Positions 25,095 through 41,535 of a DNA stretch of 64,000 nucleotides are shown piece after piece. Source of the stretch: Botryllus schlosseri (taxonomy: Eukaryota); contig CM119378.1 in the NCBI GenBank assembly GCA_051294905.1, positions 1,054,001 to 1,118,000 of the forward strand, given 5' to 3'. The first letter of the stretch is position 1. Each line of letters starts with the position of its first letter. The position numbers and the translations under genes are program-made. Below the pieces are notes generated by a model that saw only the letters and a program-made list of their open reading frames with translations, was not told the DNA's origin and did not search any database.

Positions 25095-28016
25095 TTACAC
25101 ACCTTTGACGAATTTGGGTATGCCCCACGGTGCATTGATCTCTCTCGTCGGCAAAGGCAATGGAACCAGAAAATACAAAATACTCCACGGCCACAGAACA
25201 ACACGCACGTTCTTCCACCATCCTAAGTTATACCGTCGAATGTCTTTGCCAAATTCATAAATAGTCTGTCCTCTGATGAGTAAAAAGAGTTCGGAAAGAA
25301 AATAAAAAGAACTCGCAAAGCCGGTCATCCCGCAACCGTACGTTACGGTCAAGCAGATAAACTTGTTCAAGTTGAATAAATTCTCTTTGCTCCAAAAATA
25401 ACTGTACAATGCTCCGGGGTACGTGTAATAAAATAGGGACGTGAAAGATGCTTCGACTGGATAGTACGAATAGTTGAGGTACGACAACATTTGTACAATT
25501 GTGTAGATCGATCCAAATCCAACGTAAAATCTAAAATATAGATAAAGAGACTCGTGGAGGTACAGTAATTCAGTATAAAACTGAATAATAGATTCATATT
25601 GAAATAAAACCGAATAGTCTAACACTGACAATCTTTTGAATTCTCTACTAGTCAGTGACGATCATCCCTGACGAGTGCCGAAAATAGTTCGGTTTATTTC
25701 GATATCACTATATTATTTAGCTGTATAACGGTATATATAAAGATGTTGACTAATATATTACAATTTTATATCTCAATCCCAAGTTAGACGGTATTCCATA
25801 GACAAGAGAATTTAAAATCGATTCAAAACACCGCAAGATTGTGATATAATGAAAAGATAGGAGGTTGTCGAAACGAATTTAAGTAGGCCTACTGTAGTCT
25901 TTAAACCAGACACCCATGCTGCAAATGTTGTACGGAACTGTTTAAAAGTAGCCGACAAGAAGACTTTAAACCAAATTTGTTCAGTTTCAACAGTACAAAT
26001 TAGCTACATTTGACAGTAAAGGCTAGCTAATACCAAAGTCACATTACTTTCAAGAGAGCGAACAATCAAAATCTAATTAGTGGTTTTAAACAGGACTTCA
26101 CCTTGCATAGCCTAAACTTCATGAGAACCACTTATAGCATGTCTGCTATCGAGAATGAAACGTTAAGTGAAATTTCCAATATACAGTTTCGAGTCGCATA
26201 CTTTAGTTATAATTAAAAATTGGGTCAACTCTGATTTTCGAAGGTTCAATGGTCCCCCAAAATGACTTTGAAATTCTACCAGTAAGCATGCTCAAAAACT
26301 TAAATAGCCCGTGAACTAGATGATAATAATTAACCAGCTTTCGTACTCACGAGTAAGGGAGAAAATATCGCAAGTTACGAATCCCGACGCATGTCTTGAA
26401 GAAATAACAGTGGTGATCCCTTTTTAAAACGCAAACCCGACACACCGGACAATGATGCGATCGCGGCGGACAGTGCTGCTGGCAGGACAAGCAGAGAATC
26501 CACGATTTTGGCGGGTTAGGTAGTAGAAGACCTGCCACAAGTGGAGATGAACAGTAAACAACAAGTGATTACTCGAATCTCAAGCGAGTATGGATTATAA
26601 TGATTCGAGATGAGTAATGAGACGAGATTTTTTCAAGTAGGTCTACTGAAATATGATCTTTGCCACTAAGAGTAAATTCATCAACCGGAGATATAGTTCA
26701 TATGCTATTTCTGCTGCAGAAGTCTTGAAACCTTGAGCCGTAATGCAGCATATGAACATTAGGGCTGCGCAAAAATAACTATTTTCTCCGGAATACAGCC
26801 ATTCACTGATTAAATTGTCAGGTTACCCTTAAAAACGCTGCACACCAAATTTGGTCCAATTCTAACCAGAAAAGCCGCCACAGAGCCAATATAAATTTTT
26901 AATTTATTATGGTCTAAAAAATTAAAAAAAAAATTCAGTCAACCTCATGAAATTGTTGAGTTGTCTTCAAAATTGATGCAGAACCAATTTGACTCAATTC
27001 CAGCCCGTAGAAACGAAGTTATTTGAGTTTTTCATTTTGAATCCTGGGATTATCCAGAACTTTCAACTGCAATAACAATGCTTCTACGGGTTGGAATTGA
27101 GTCAAATTTGTTTCGCATCATTTTTGATGACAAATCAACAATATCATTGGGTTGACATAAATTTATTCAAATTTTTGATAATAAATTGGTTAGCATTGAA
27201 CCAAATTTGGTGTGTAGCGTTTTAAGGGTAAGCTGACAATTTAATCAGTGAATGGCAGGAATCGGGAAAACAAAGTTATTTTCGAACAGCCCTAATGAAC
27301 ATGCAGTGGTAGTCAGTAACGAATTAATTCTACTTTTTGTAGTACATCAAGTAGATTTTGCCTACTCGCACTACTTCCTTAAGTGGTTATGGCTTTAGAT
27401 TACTGGTACGTCTGCTTGACTAGACTACTTGTATTTGATTAGAAATTTACGACGTTACTTTTACTTGAGTACCAACAATGACTTCTGTGACCATCTCAAC
27501 AAACGAGTAGTACAACGCTGCACACATTAATGGAAATGACATATCTGGAACGACTGGAAGGTCACGATCAACCCACAGCATTGTCACAAAATGCAATGAA
27601 ATTGGTCTGATTAAAAAAGTATCTACTTATGTGATGTAGTAGTAGCATTATATTCATTGCGGTCAGATGAAAGGTTGCCTATATATATTCAATATCCTCC
27701 ATACTCATATGACAACATATTCAGCTAAACTCGATTTAGCCATACACCTACCATTAGTGTAGAAAGATTTGTAAGACGCTCCCAGGATCTGGTTTCCGAT
27801 CATGTTAATGAAGATGAACATGGCGCATATCATATGAAAGAAATAACTCTCCTCGTCTCGATAAATCGCGGGAAACGCAATGAAAAGCAACGACGATAAT
27901 GAAGAAACAGCCAGCATGTAGAAGTATCCGATACATGCGACATGAATCAATCCCATGTTCTCTTTCGCCGTCATGGTTTTAGTGACATCTTCAGAAATTC
28001 TCTTCACAAACTTCAT
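25095..28016 (-). CDS. DHHC palmitoyltransferase, ZDHHC22/ZDHHC24-like; exons 28016-27752, 26531-26351, 25530-25095
   Basis: DHHC cysteine-rich domain CLSCQQHCPPRSHHCPVCRVCVLKRDHHCYFFKTCVG, flanking transmembrane segments, and C-terminal GQTIYE and YNLGWWKN motifs. Splice phases are consistent. Confidence 0.9.
25552..25730. mobile_element. Older Penelope-like inverted pair with a degenerate hammerhead (core 25668-25683, +)
   Basis: A partial minus-strand copy is followed by a plus-strand copy, CCCTGACGAGTGCCGAAAATAGTTCGG, with a loop-2 deletion. Confidence 0.7.
26760..27294. mobile_element. Foldback-like hAT MITE
   Basis: TAGGGCTG...CAGCCCTA with long internal inverted repeats and 8-bp TSD ATGAACAT. 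Relatives occur at 28304-28833, ~30027-30390, ~44129-44460 and ~53960-54110. Confidence 0.88.
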
Positions 28017-28303
28017 GTCTGCCGAGACTACTGCTAGATTAAAATTTCAGTTCCGCGGCTATCACTGACTGAAATAAACAGCACTTTGTAGAAGGAAGCA
28101 ATCACAAATAGGATGGAAAAGTTTGAAAATATCTCATTCGCGTGATATCGTATGAAGGAACAAATCATAGATCTTTACAGATCAGCAACGAAAACTGCCA
28201 AGAGCTTCACACACACACGAGACAATCAACAGTTCAAATTGTGCAACGGGTATATCAACTTTCATCAGTGCTTCATGTGTACTATTGTACCTGCCCTGCA
28301 CAC

Positions 28304-28833
28304 TAGGGTTGTTCAAAAATAACGTGTTTTTTTTCGGATTCCGGGGATTCACTGAATAAACTGTAGGTTGCACATCAAATTTGATTCAATTCCAACTGGT
28401 AGATGTCAAGGTACAAGAGTTCTAATATTTTGAAGTTCTTATAAAAAAAAGGTTCTCAAATTTGACTGTCTACCCCATGAAAATGTTGAGTTGTCTACAA
28501 ATACGATGCAAAACAAATTTACCGCAATTCCAACCGGTTCAAATGAAGTTATTCAAGTTTTTCATTAATAGTTCTGGAATTACCCACGAACGATGCTATT
28601 TGCGCACATCCAAAATTTCTAACTGGAATAACTTCGCTTCTACTGGTTGAAAGTGCGAAAAAATTGTGAAAAACACGATTCTTTCAGGAAATTTCATAGG
28701 GTTGACTAAATTTTTTGTAATCACTTCAAAATCCTCCACCTTGACATCTACCAAGTAGAATTGAGCCAAATTTGGTGTGCAACGCTTTTCACCCAACCTA
28801 ACCGGCGTAAAAAGATATTTTTCAACAACCCTA
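28304..28833. mobile_element. hAT MITE, same family as 26760-27294
   Basis: TAGGGTTGTT...AACAACCCTA with TSD CTGCACAC/CTGCACGC. Confidence 0.85.
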
Positions 28834-31436
28834 CTGCACGCTCATGGGGTCTCATGCTTTGATTAGGAAAATATACTAACTCAGTATTTACAACATATCA
28901 AGGGATATAAATTCTGGGTACCCAAGGATTGTATCTGGCAAATATAAACCACAGCAATACCGAGGTAATGCAATGATTATAGCGGAAATAAATAAGTTCG
29001 GCGAATTGACTTGAAATTTATTTGTGTCCAGAAATGAACACATATTTTGCTACACTCTGAACTGTACTGTTTAATTGGTTTGTTCTGTTTTATCATTCTA
29101 GCTTAAAAATTCTTGTGAATGAAAGAGGCTGTCGAGCAAACTAATCATCACAATTAGAGAATTTAATTGCTAGTCGGAATGGAGTGAAATATGAGAAATT
29201 GAATCCGTGCCGTGTTGAATCGGTAGCCTATTTGAAATCCGAAAAATACTTGAACACATATAATGCCATGTTTAGAAATCTTTGTATGGATTATCGAAAC
29301 TGCAGCATCGGTTTCTGCCAAGGAGAGATTACTTCCTGTCCGCGAGGTCAAGTGACAGTTTCTTCATTGATTCAATAAACGTGACAGGAAAGGGAAATAA
29401 TCGTCAAACAACACCAGGAAAAGATATAACACAAAATGTCATGCTTTCTGATATGGTAACAAAATATCCCAGCAAGACGCTGACTTTGAAGCTTTGAATG
29501 AGTGCTTTCTGTCGGACATATTATGCAATAGACTGCCAAGTCTCATTTCTGTGTATGTTACAGCGTGGAACAAATGAAATAATCATCATTAAAAGAGTTA
29601 TAAGCAATTTGACATCACCATAGTGTGATGAAAAAAAATTGTCATTCCTGATAAAATACAAGTACTTTGGTAACAGACACATGTAACGGATCGGACTTGA
29701 ATAAATACTGATTCGATTTCAAAAAGTATATCAAAACTGTTACGAGGAATCTTGAAGAAAAAAGACAAGAATGGGCATTTACTTAGATCGTGAAAACAAA
29801 ATAACTTTTCAAGATGTCCACCATCTTCGAGGTAACAGAATTATTTCGATCGTAACTCTGGTATCAAACCTTCAGAGGAATGACGCGAGTTATATTTGTA
29901 CTGAATCTGGGAAATATGAGTATTGAATGAGCCCGCGCAAACGTATTCATAAAGTAACAAAAATTTGATAAAATAACAATACACAATGATCATCAAGGTT
30001 GCGTTGTTCCATGTAATTGTGTAAGTTGGGGTTGTTCAAAAATAACTTTTCTTTCAAATTTTGCCGACAATCCCATAAAATTGTTAGGCCGTTTCAAATA
30101 ATGATGCTTAACAAATTTTGCTAAATTTTATCCCATAGAAACGAGGTAATTGAAGGAAAAAATTTTGGATTCCAAAAATTTGTGTTTACGGTGGATAATT
30201 CTATTCATAAATATCGATAGAATTTCCTACCGTAAATACTATTTTATTCAAAACCCAAACTTTTAACTCTGGCAGCTTCGCTTCCACTGGTTGGAATTGA
30301 GTCAAGTTTGTTGTTCAGCGTTTTTTTTATGTAACCTAACAATTTCATCAAGCACCCAGAAAAACATGAAGTTATTTTTGAAAAGCCCTAACGTACATGC
30401 ATGGATGTACGCCTTAAATTTCTCAATAACAGAACATCTGTTGCACTGAACTGAAATGTAAGCTACGCGTATTTGCGAGCCTTCAAGATACCAAACACAA
30501 ATACTAGATCCACAACGTCAAGCAGTAAAAATTGTGGCAGTCAAAGAGGTTCGGGATCGCGTTCTCACATAAATAAAACGAATTGCGGATTGTCTGTATA
30601 AGGAAGACTGTTGCAACTACAACCAGCACAGTATAGGACATTCGCTCGTTGATTGTCAAAACCACTCTTCTGCTGTTGATGATCGGAAGCCCGCAAAATG
30701 TCAATCTGTGCACCAGCACATCAATTCAAGCTAACCAGGCAGTGCAAAATTCGGCTAATAACTTGCAAATAATGGAGGCAGCTAAACGATGATATATATC
30801 TACGTAAATACTCTTATGACAATCATGACAATGGGAGCCTGACCAATATGGGATTTTTGATCCGATACCGATAAAACCGGTATCTAGCACCTTCACAGAT
30901 AACCCCAATGCAAAAAATATGGCATCTAGCCACCGCTATGCTTGGGCATGAAATAAAATAGGATGGATGCATCTGAACACCTGTGGACAAAGGGCGTCAG
31001 TGATGGAGTACTATTACTTCTTCTGAGTAGTCAAGTACGTTTTTGCCGAAATACGCTTATCACTCAAGTGCCTATTATTTTAGACTTCTTAGTGCTTATA
31101 CTTCTAGTTCATTATCCGTTTTTGGAAAAAATGATGCTTACAATATTTACTTTTTTTACATGGAAATCGCCATTTCTACTTGTACTCGAGTAAAAATTTA
31201 AAACTTTTACTTCTACTTGAGTACCAACGATGACTACTGACCACTTCTGCTTGTAATCTATAAGTAATAGATCAATATTCAGACTACCACGCTGTGAAGT
31301 CACAAAAATTGCAGATATTTTTTACAGCTAACATCCGATACGGACAGTTGTTCCAAAGTGCGATACCGACTCAATGTTATCGGCGAACCAATAATCGTTC
31401 AGACTCTAACGATGACAGTCTTGAATATCGCTTCAA

Positions 31437-34475
<3,039 letters not shown>

Positions 34476-34599
34476 TCACCACCAGAAATAAAGAAATATC
34501 ATGTGACACGGATATAGGTTAAAACGATTAATGCCATTACTCGATGATCTAAAAAAAAAATTTCCATCCAATTTTAGTATTTCACATTCCTTAGATTTA

Positions 34600-35040
34600 T
34601 AGTAGAACACGTGCATCACGCTTGGAGAAAAGTGTCCTGGACTCATTCCCTCAAACTTGAATTTAAACAGGCAAATGACATGAATTTGGCCGTTGGCAAG
34701 CATTTGTTGGACAATTCTGTGTGTGCTAAAAAATATTGAGGCAACAGATTTTGCATTGTCAGGAGAGACCGTTTGTGTGCCTTGTAGTAAACTGTTATCA
34801 AAATACGCCAACCTAGTTTGTGCCAACAGAAAGCGTCCGTGTAACATCTAAAAATAGTACATTGTACAATAGTACATCTCTTCGCCAGTGATGTCATATT
34901 TGGTGATACGAATGTTATTTCCAATTCTCTACAATTTGCTGACGATTACCCCTCATGAGTGTCAGCTGAAAATACTCTTGTTTATTTCAATATCAATATA
35001 TTATTCAATTGTGAATTTAAGTTCTGTACTTCCAAGAGAC
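34600..35040 (+). mobile_element. Decayed Penelope-like 3' fragment just upstream of TNK2
   Basis: Translates as LAVGKHLLDNSVCAKKY*GNRFCIV...IKIRQPSLCQQKASV*HLKIVH, followed by a degenerate hammerhead (core CUCAUGA, ~34938-34980). The left boundary is approximate. Confidence 0.8.
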
Positions 35041-35567
35041 TTTTCTATTTCATATTCACAAACAGATATATAGTTTTAACATGCCGGTAAAAACAACCAA
35101 ACCGCAAACATAAGGCCTCATAACATTGAATGATAATTGTCAGTGATCCCTATACGTTTGTAGACGAACATGTCAAATATCCAACCAGAACCCAAATATG
35201 AAATATCAAAAAAAATTAATTCATCAAGTTACCGGTAGGCCTACCACTATATATGTTGAAGCTAATCATGATTTGAGATTGAGACTATATGATTAGCTTG
35301 GAATGAAGCCCCTTCATAACACAATATTTCAAACCAAACACTTTATCAGAGAGAGATATTTCAGCATATTATACTCAATCACATCATGTTATGTTTACCA
35401 GTTTAGTTTAGAAGATCAATACACCGTTGGTACGAAAAAATAATATAAATAAATGTAAAAGGGGGCAAACGGAGATTTGTAAAATGATATGTTTGACAAT
35501 TGGGATATGATTGTGATCTTCATATACAACAATAACTAAATTATTTGAAGGTAAACAATAGTCAATA

Positions 35568-36704
35568 GGTTGCCGGAGAACCCGGCCCTTGGAGAACCCG
35601 GCCCTTGGAGAACCCGGCCCTCGGTGAATTCCTCGGGAAATTTTGAAATTAAGTGTATTCACAAGTATTAATATGAATTAATAAAGTAATAATGTTATTA
35701 TCAACTGATTTGTCAATCTTGTAAGGAGGTCAGGGCATGCGTAGATCACGCAGTCACGGAGTGATCAGATCACGTGATCACGCTTGCGTGGTCGGCTCAG
35801 TGTTGAATTGACTTGGCGCGGGGCGGACGTGCGACGTTCGACATACTCGTATCTGTTCATGACATCACATTGGGTCTTATCGCATTGTACATTGTGTGTG
35901 AATGTTCAGATGAAAAATATATCCCAACGATTGTTATTGCTCACATATCAACCACTCGTGGTCTGCTCGTTATTGCAACTGTAGGTTGAGGTGGGGCGTT
36001 AGGGTTGCCGGAGGTGGGATATTAGGGTTGCCGAAGGTGGGATATTAGGGTTGCCGGGGGTGGGATATTAGGGTTGCCGGGGTGGGATATTAGGGTTGCC
36101 GGGGGTGGGATATTAGGGTTGGGGGAGGTGGGATATTAGGGTTGGGGGAGGTGGGATATTAGGGTTGGGGGAGGTGGGATATTAGGGTTGCCGGAGGTGG
36201 GATATTAGGGTTGCCGAAGGTGGGATATTAGGGTTGGTGGAGGTGGGATATTAGGGTTGCCGGGGGTGGGATATTAGGGTTCCCGGGGGTGGGATATTAG
36301 GGTTGCCGAAGGTGAGATATTAGGGTTGGTGGAGGTGGGATATTAGGGTTGCCGGAGGTGGGATATTAGGGGTAGGGTAGGATATTAGGGTTCTTGGAGG
36401 TGGGATATTAGGGTTGCCGAAGGTGGGATATTAGGGTTGGTGGAGGTGGGATATTAGGGTTGCCGGAGGTGGGATATTAGGGTTAGGGTAGGATATTAGG
36501 GTTGCCGGAGGTGGGATATTAGGGGTAGGGTTAGGGTTGCCGGGGGTGGGATATTAGGGGTAGGGTGAGGATATTAGGGTTGCCGGAGGTGGGATATTAG
36601 GATTGCCGGTGAATACTCCGAGGGCCGGGTTCTCCAAGGGCCGGGTTCTCCAAGGGCCGGGTTGGTATGGCCGGGTTCTCCAAGGGCCGGGTTCTCTGGT
36701 AATC
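35568..36704. mobile_element. Non-autonomous TIR element with an internal TTAGGG-containing minisatellite
   Basis: TIRs built from GGAGAACCCGGCCCTT repeats, with 8-bp TSD AGTCAATA (35560-35567, 36705-36712). Confidence 0.88.
35990..36610 (+). repeat. 23-bp G-rich minisatellite GGGATATTAGGGTTGCCGGAGGT
   Basis: Roughly 26 tandem units are directly visible. Confidence 0.95.
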
Positions 36705-37760
36705 AGTCAATAGCTTATTTGTCCCTGCCTCCTGCCTAGTCAGTAGTCACACTGGTTTGACACTGACACTGTGACTCTGACTCTACTCTAACTGCAATAT
36801 TCAGCTTTTGGATTTGAATGATTCACAGAAAGAGCTTGTTGCTTGAATCTGGAATTAAATCAACAAATCCCCAGAAAGAGACGGTATTATTCTAAATTAA
36901 AGCGAAAAAATTTAGATAATCTCAGACTAGATTCCACCAGATTCCATACAGATACAGGCATAATGATGGGACAACCAACGCTATAATATCGATTGGTAAC
37001 GTATATGTGCCATCCCCTACATAGATACATGTAAATTGCCTTCACGCTGTCTAAAACTAGAGGGTACTTCTCCACACACAATCACACATAGACGATCGCG
37101 CGCTATAGTGCTGTGGAGTTCAAACCAGAAACGTCTACTTTCGAAAACAATATGTGTTCAAGGCTGACCACGAAAAAAAACAAAGGTGTCATTACATTTT
37201 GTCGGATTGAAATATTGTCGAATTGAATAAAATCAATTCCCAGATCAAGTTTAAGTTCAAGTTTATTCATCGAATTTTATCATTTCATAACATCACAAGA
37301 CTGCGTTACAATGAAAGATAGGAAGATGCCGAAGCGAAAAGAAATGGCTCATACATGTAAAGAAAAACATAAATTAACATTAGCCTTCCTATCTTTCGGT
37401 TGCATCACAACATTTTAGTGTCCTTGAACGGATTAAATGATTAATAACCTGGTGATGATGTTGTACGCACGCACGGAATTAGAAATGCAGGAAGATGTCA
37501 TTAATGGGCAAGTAATGAAAATGAAGAGAGGTGAGTCGGTAAGCTATCAGATAAATCGATAAGTCAAAAACGTGATCCTGTAGCCAAATGCAGGATCTTA
37601 TGTCGAAACCTCATTGGTCCGTCCTCCGTAACAAGCCCTAATTACAATTTTCACCAAGCTCTATTACCGAAGCCAAAATCATAACAAGAGTGTTTCTCAT
37701 AAACATTTAAATTTATATTGTATTAGCAGTTAGCACTATACCACGGCTATTGAGGTCTAC

Positions 37761-39716
37761 AGGGTTGGTTCGATCATGTTCACAATAAGAGCAATTCTGT
37801 ACACAATAAGAGCAGTCTCATGTTCACAATAAGAGCAGTCATGTTCACAATAAGAGCAGTCTCATGTTCACAATAAGAGCAGTCGTTGTATTCACAATAA
37901 CATCAGTCGCACCATCACCATATCCCCCGGACACGATGTCCGAGTGGCAACATAGTCCGAACACAACCCAGACATGATGTCCGAACACCCCCAGACACGA
38001 TGTCCGAGTATCAACGCAGTTCGAACACACTCCTGACATGATGCCCGAACACCCCCAGACACGATGTCCGAGTGTCAACGCAGTTCGAACACACTGCTGA
38101 CATGATGCCCGAACACTCCCAGACACGATGTCCGAGTGTCAACGCAGTCCGAACACACCCAGACACGATGTCCGGACGCCCCCCCCCCCAGACACACCCC
38201 AGACATGATGTCCGAACAACCCCCAGACATCCTCTATACACCATGTCCGAACTCACCACGCCCCAGACATGATGTCCGAGTGTCAACGCAGTCCGAACAC
38301 ACCCCAGACACGATGTCCGAACCCCTCCAGACACGCCCCAGACACGGACTGCGTTGACACTCGGAGATCGTGTCTGGGGGTGTTCGGACATCATGTCTGG
38401 GTTGTGTTCGGACTATGTTGCCACTCGGACATCGTGTCCGGGGGATATGGTGGTGCTGCGACTGATGTTATTGTGAATACAACGACTGCTCTTATTGTGA
38501 ACATGAGACTGCTCTTATTGTGAACATGAGACTGCTCTTATTGTGAACATGACTGTTCTTATTGTGAACATGAGACTGTTCTTATTGTGAACATGACTGC
38601 TCTTATTGTGAACATGAGACTGTTCTTATTGTGAACATGAGACTGCTCTTATTGTGAACATGAGACTGTTCTTATTGTGAACATGACTGCTCTTATTGTG
38701 AACATGAGACTGTTCTTATTGTGAACATGACTGCTCTTATTGTGAACATGAGACTGTTCTTATTGTGAACATGACTGCTCTTATTGTGAACATGACTGCT
38801 CTTATTGTGAACATGAGACTGTTCTTATTGTGAACATGACTGCTCTTATTGAGTACATGAGACTGTTCTTATTGTGAACATGGCTGTTCTTATTGTATTA
38901 TCATGTCTGGGGTATCTTCGGACTGCATTGACACTCTGGACATCATGTCTGGGGGTGTTTGGATATATCATGACTGAGGTGTGTCCGCACTGCGTTGCCA
39001 ATCGGAAATCGTGTTCGGACATCATGCCCCGGCCTGTGTTCAAATATCAAGTCTAGGGTGTGTTCATAAAATCATGTTTGGGGTGTCTTCGGACTGCGTT
39101 GACACTCGGACATCATGTCTGGGGCGTGGCGAGTTCGGACATCGTGTCTGGAGGATGTCTGGGGGGTATTCGGACATCATGTCTGGGGTGTGTCTGGGGG
39201 AAGGGGCGTTCGGACATCGTGTCTGGGGTGTGTTCGGACTGCGTGTACACTCGGACATCGTGTCTGGGGCGTGTCTGGGGGTGTTCGGAAATCATGTCGG
39301 GAGTGTGTTCGGACTGCGTTGACACTCGGACATCGTGTCTGGGGGTGTGTCTGGGGGGGGGCGTTCGGACATCGTGTCTGGGGTGTGTTCGGACTGCGTT
39401 GACACTCGGACATCGTGTCTGGGGGTGTTCGGGCATCATGTCAGGAGTGTGTTCGAACTGCGTTGATACTCGGACATCGTGTCTGGGCGTGTTCGGACAT
39501 CATTTTTGGGTTGTGTTAATACTATGTTGCCACCCGGACATCGTGTCCGGGGGATATGGTGGTGCTGCGACTGATGTTATTGTGAATACAACGACTGCTC
39601 TTATTGTGAACAGGAGACTGCTCTTATTGTGAACATGACTGCTCTTATTGTGAACATGAGATTGCTCTTATTGTGAACAGAATTGCTCTTATTGTGAACA
39701 TAATCGAACCAACCCT
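37761..39716. mobile_element. Foldback-type element with 21/23-bp subterminal arrays
   Basis: AGGGTTGGTTCGAT...ATCGAACCAACCCT termini, TTATTGTGAACATG(AG)ACTGCTC arrays and inner GTGTTCGGACATCRTGTCTGGGG repeats in inverted arrangement. Confidence 0.88.
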
Positions 39717-39858
39717 CCTCATTGAGGTTTCTCCTTGCTGCTTGCTTTCACTTTCAGGGGCGTTCATAATGGATGTTACGCCAAGTCTAGATAGCAATTG
39801 TTGATCCCTTACAAGTGATTGTTATTAAACTTGTTTGATATCAAGGAAAGATTAATCG

Positions 39859-41535
39859 ATGGAAGCGCAGGATCGATCATCGGAAAAAGATCCAATAGCA
39901 TCTCAACCCTCGTTGCGGCACTTACCAAATATTGATCAACGCAACAAAAACTCACCAACCTATTTCTCCGATAAAATTCCTGTTCCTCGTGGCGAGCAAG
40001 AACAGAATTGTGGCTCAAAATGCTGTCAGTTGGACATGCCTCCGTTCAGTTGGAAAAAGCTATGGGCATTTACTGGACCCGGATTTTTGATGAGCATCGC
40101 TTATCTAGATCCCGGGAACATAGAGTCCGATCTGCAATCAGGGGCCGTAGCGGGATTCCAGCTGCTTTTTGTGTTGTTTCTAGCCACGCTGATGGGACTT
40201 TTCATGCAAAGATTTGCTGCAAGGTTGGGCGTTGTGACTGGAATGCATCTTGCTGAAGTTTGCAATAAAAATTACAGGAAAGTACCAAGAATCATTTTAT
40301 GGATTATGATCGAAATTGCAATAATTGGATCGGATATGCAAGAAGTTATCGGATCTGCGATTGCTTTTGTGTTGCTATCGGGCGGTAAAATCCCACTTTA
40401 TGCAGGGGTTTTAATCACTGCATGTGATGCATTTGTGTTTTTATTGTTAGACAGATATGGACTGCGGAAATTAGAGGCCTTCTTTGCAGTCCTGATCACT
40501 ATTATGGCTGTTACATTTGGATATGAGTATGTTGCGGTTGCTCCTAATCAGAAGGAAGTTGTGCTCGGAGTGTTATATCCTCACTGCACAGACTGCTCTT
40601 CAAAGCAGCTTTTACAAGCAGTTGGTATCATCGGTGCAGTTATAATGCCTCATAACATTTATTTGCACTCGGCTTTAGTTAAATCTCGTGATATCGACCG
40701 CAGCCGCCCACGATTAGTGAGAGAAGCAAACTTTTATTTTTTAGTCGAAGCCTCTATAGCTTTGACAGTGTCTTTTGTCATCAATTTATTTGTGGTGTCT
40801 GTATTTGCTGAAGGATTTTACGGAGTAACTGCCGGCGAACTCAACCAGACTTGTGAGAATAGTTCGATTCCAAACAGCGCCGGTGTCTTCCCTTACGACA
40901 CGTCTCAACCAAACGCGACAGTAAGCACGGACTTGTTCAAGGGTGGAATTTTTTTGGGTTGTTTTTATGGACCTGTCGCGTATTACATATGGGCGGTTGG
41001 AATTTTGGCAGCGGGTCAAAGTTCAACGATGACTGGAACTTACTCGGGACAATTTGTGATGGAAGGATTTCTCGATTTACAATGGTCTCGTTTTAAGAGA
41101 ATATTATTAACCCGTACCATTGCGATTGGTCCTACTTTACTCCTTGCGATATTCACTGATGTGCATAGCTTGACTGGATTGAATGACCTTCTCAATGTAT
41201 TACAAAGTTTACAATTGCCTTTTGCTCTAATTCCTATATTACATTTCACGACTTCCAAAGAAATTATGGGTGAATTCAAAAATTCATGGTGGTGGTTTGC
41301 CGTTGGTTGCTTGATTTCAATGTTGGTGATCGGGATAAACTTTTTCTTTGTGGTTGTTTACGTGCAGCGGTTGAAAATGATAGCATTGATTGTCTTATCC
41401 ATTTTGGTTGCGCTCGCTTATGTAGCGTTTGTTGCGTATTTGATTTGGTGTTTGACATCAAACTTGTTCAATTGGTGCAGAAAAGGTGACCCTGGATACA
41501 CTCGCATGTATGAACTAACTGATTCTAATCACTGA
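39859..41535 (+). CDS. SLC11A2: NRAMP/SLC11 divalent metal transporter (DMT1/Malvolio-like); single-exon CDS
   Basis: [27 protein letters not shown] and [19 protein letters not shown] motifs with many transmembrane segments. Probably a pro-orthologue of SLC11A1/A2. Confidence 0.93.
   Translation: MEAQDRSSEKDPIASQPSLRHLPNIDQRNKNSPTYFSDKIPVPRGEQEQNCGSKCCQLDMPPFSWKKLWAFTGPGFLMSIAYLDPGNIESDLQSGAVAGFQLLFVLFLATLMGLFMQRFAARLGVVTGMHLAEVCNKNYRKVPRIILWIMIEIAIIGSDMQEVIGSAIAFVLLSGGKIPLYAGVLITACDAFVFLLLDRYGLRKLEAFFAVLITIMAVTFGYEYVAVAPNQKEVVLGVLYPHCTDCSSKQLLQAVGIIGAVIMPHNIYLHSALVKSRDIDRSRPRLVREANFYFLVEASIALTVSFVINLFVVSVFAEGFYGVTAGELNQTCENSSIPNSAGVFPYDTSQPNATVSTDLFKGGIFLGCFYGPVAYYIWAVGILAAGQSSTMTGTYSGQFVMEGFLDLQWSRFKRILLTRTIAIGPTLLLAIFTDVHSLTGLNDLLNVLQSLQLPFALIPILHFTTSKEIMGEFKNSWWWFAVGCLISMLVIGINFFFVVVYVQRLKMIALIVLSILVALAYVAFVAYLIWCLTSNLFNWCRKGDPGYTRMYELTDSNH

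Noticed and set aside
25533..25631. N-terminal part of the 178-aa ORF as coding
   Set aside because: It is intronic and mostly Penelope-derived. The exon starts at 25530 after the AG acceptor.
27955..28000. CUGAAGA...GAAA on the minus strand in ZDHHC exon 1 as a hammerhead
   Set aside because: It has no stem I, stem III or UH site and lies in coding sequence, so it is probably chance. The same applies to ~52803-52816 and ~63696-63710.
35990..36610. True telomere or interstitial telomeric array
   Set aside because: TTAGGG is embedded in a 23-bp unit inside a TSD-flanked element and is not a pure hexamer array.
37845..39632. Many overlapping ORFs (up to 190 aa) on both strands
   Set aside because: They are translations of tandem and inverted repeats inside a foldback element.
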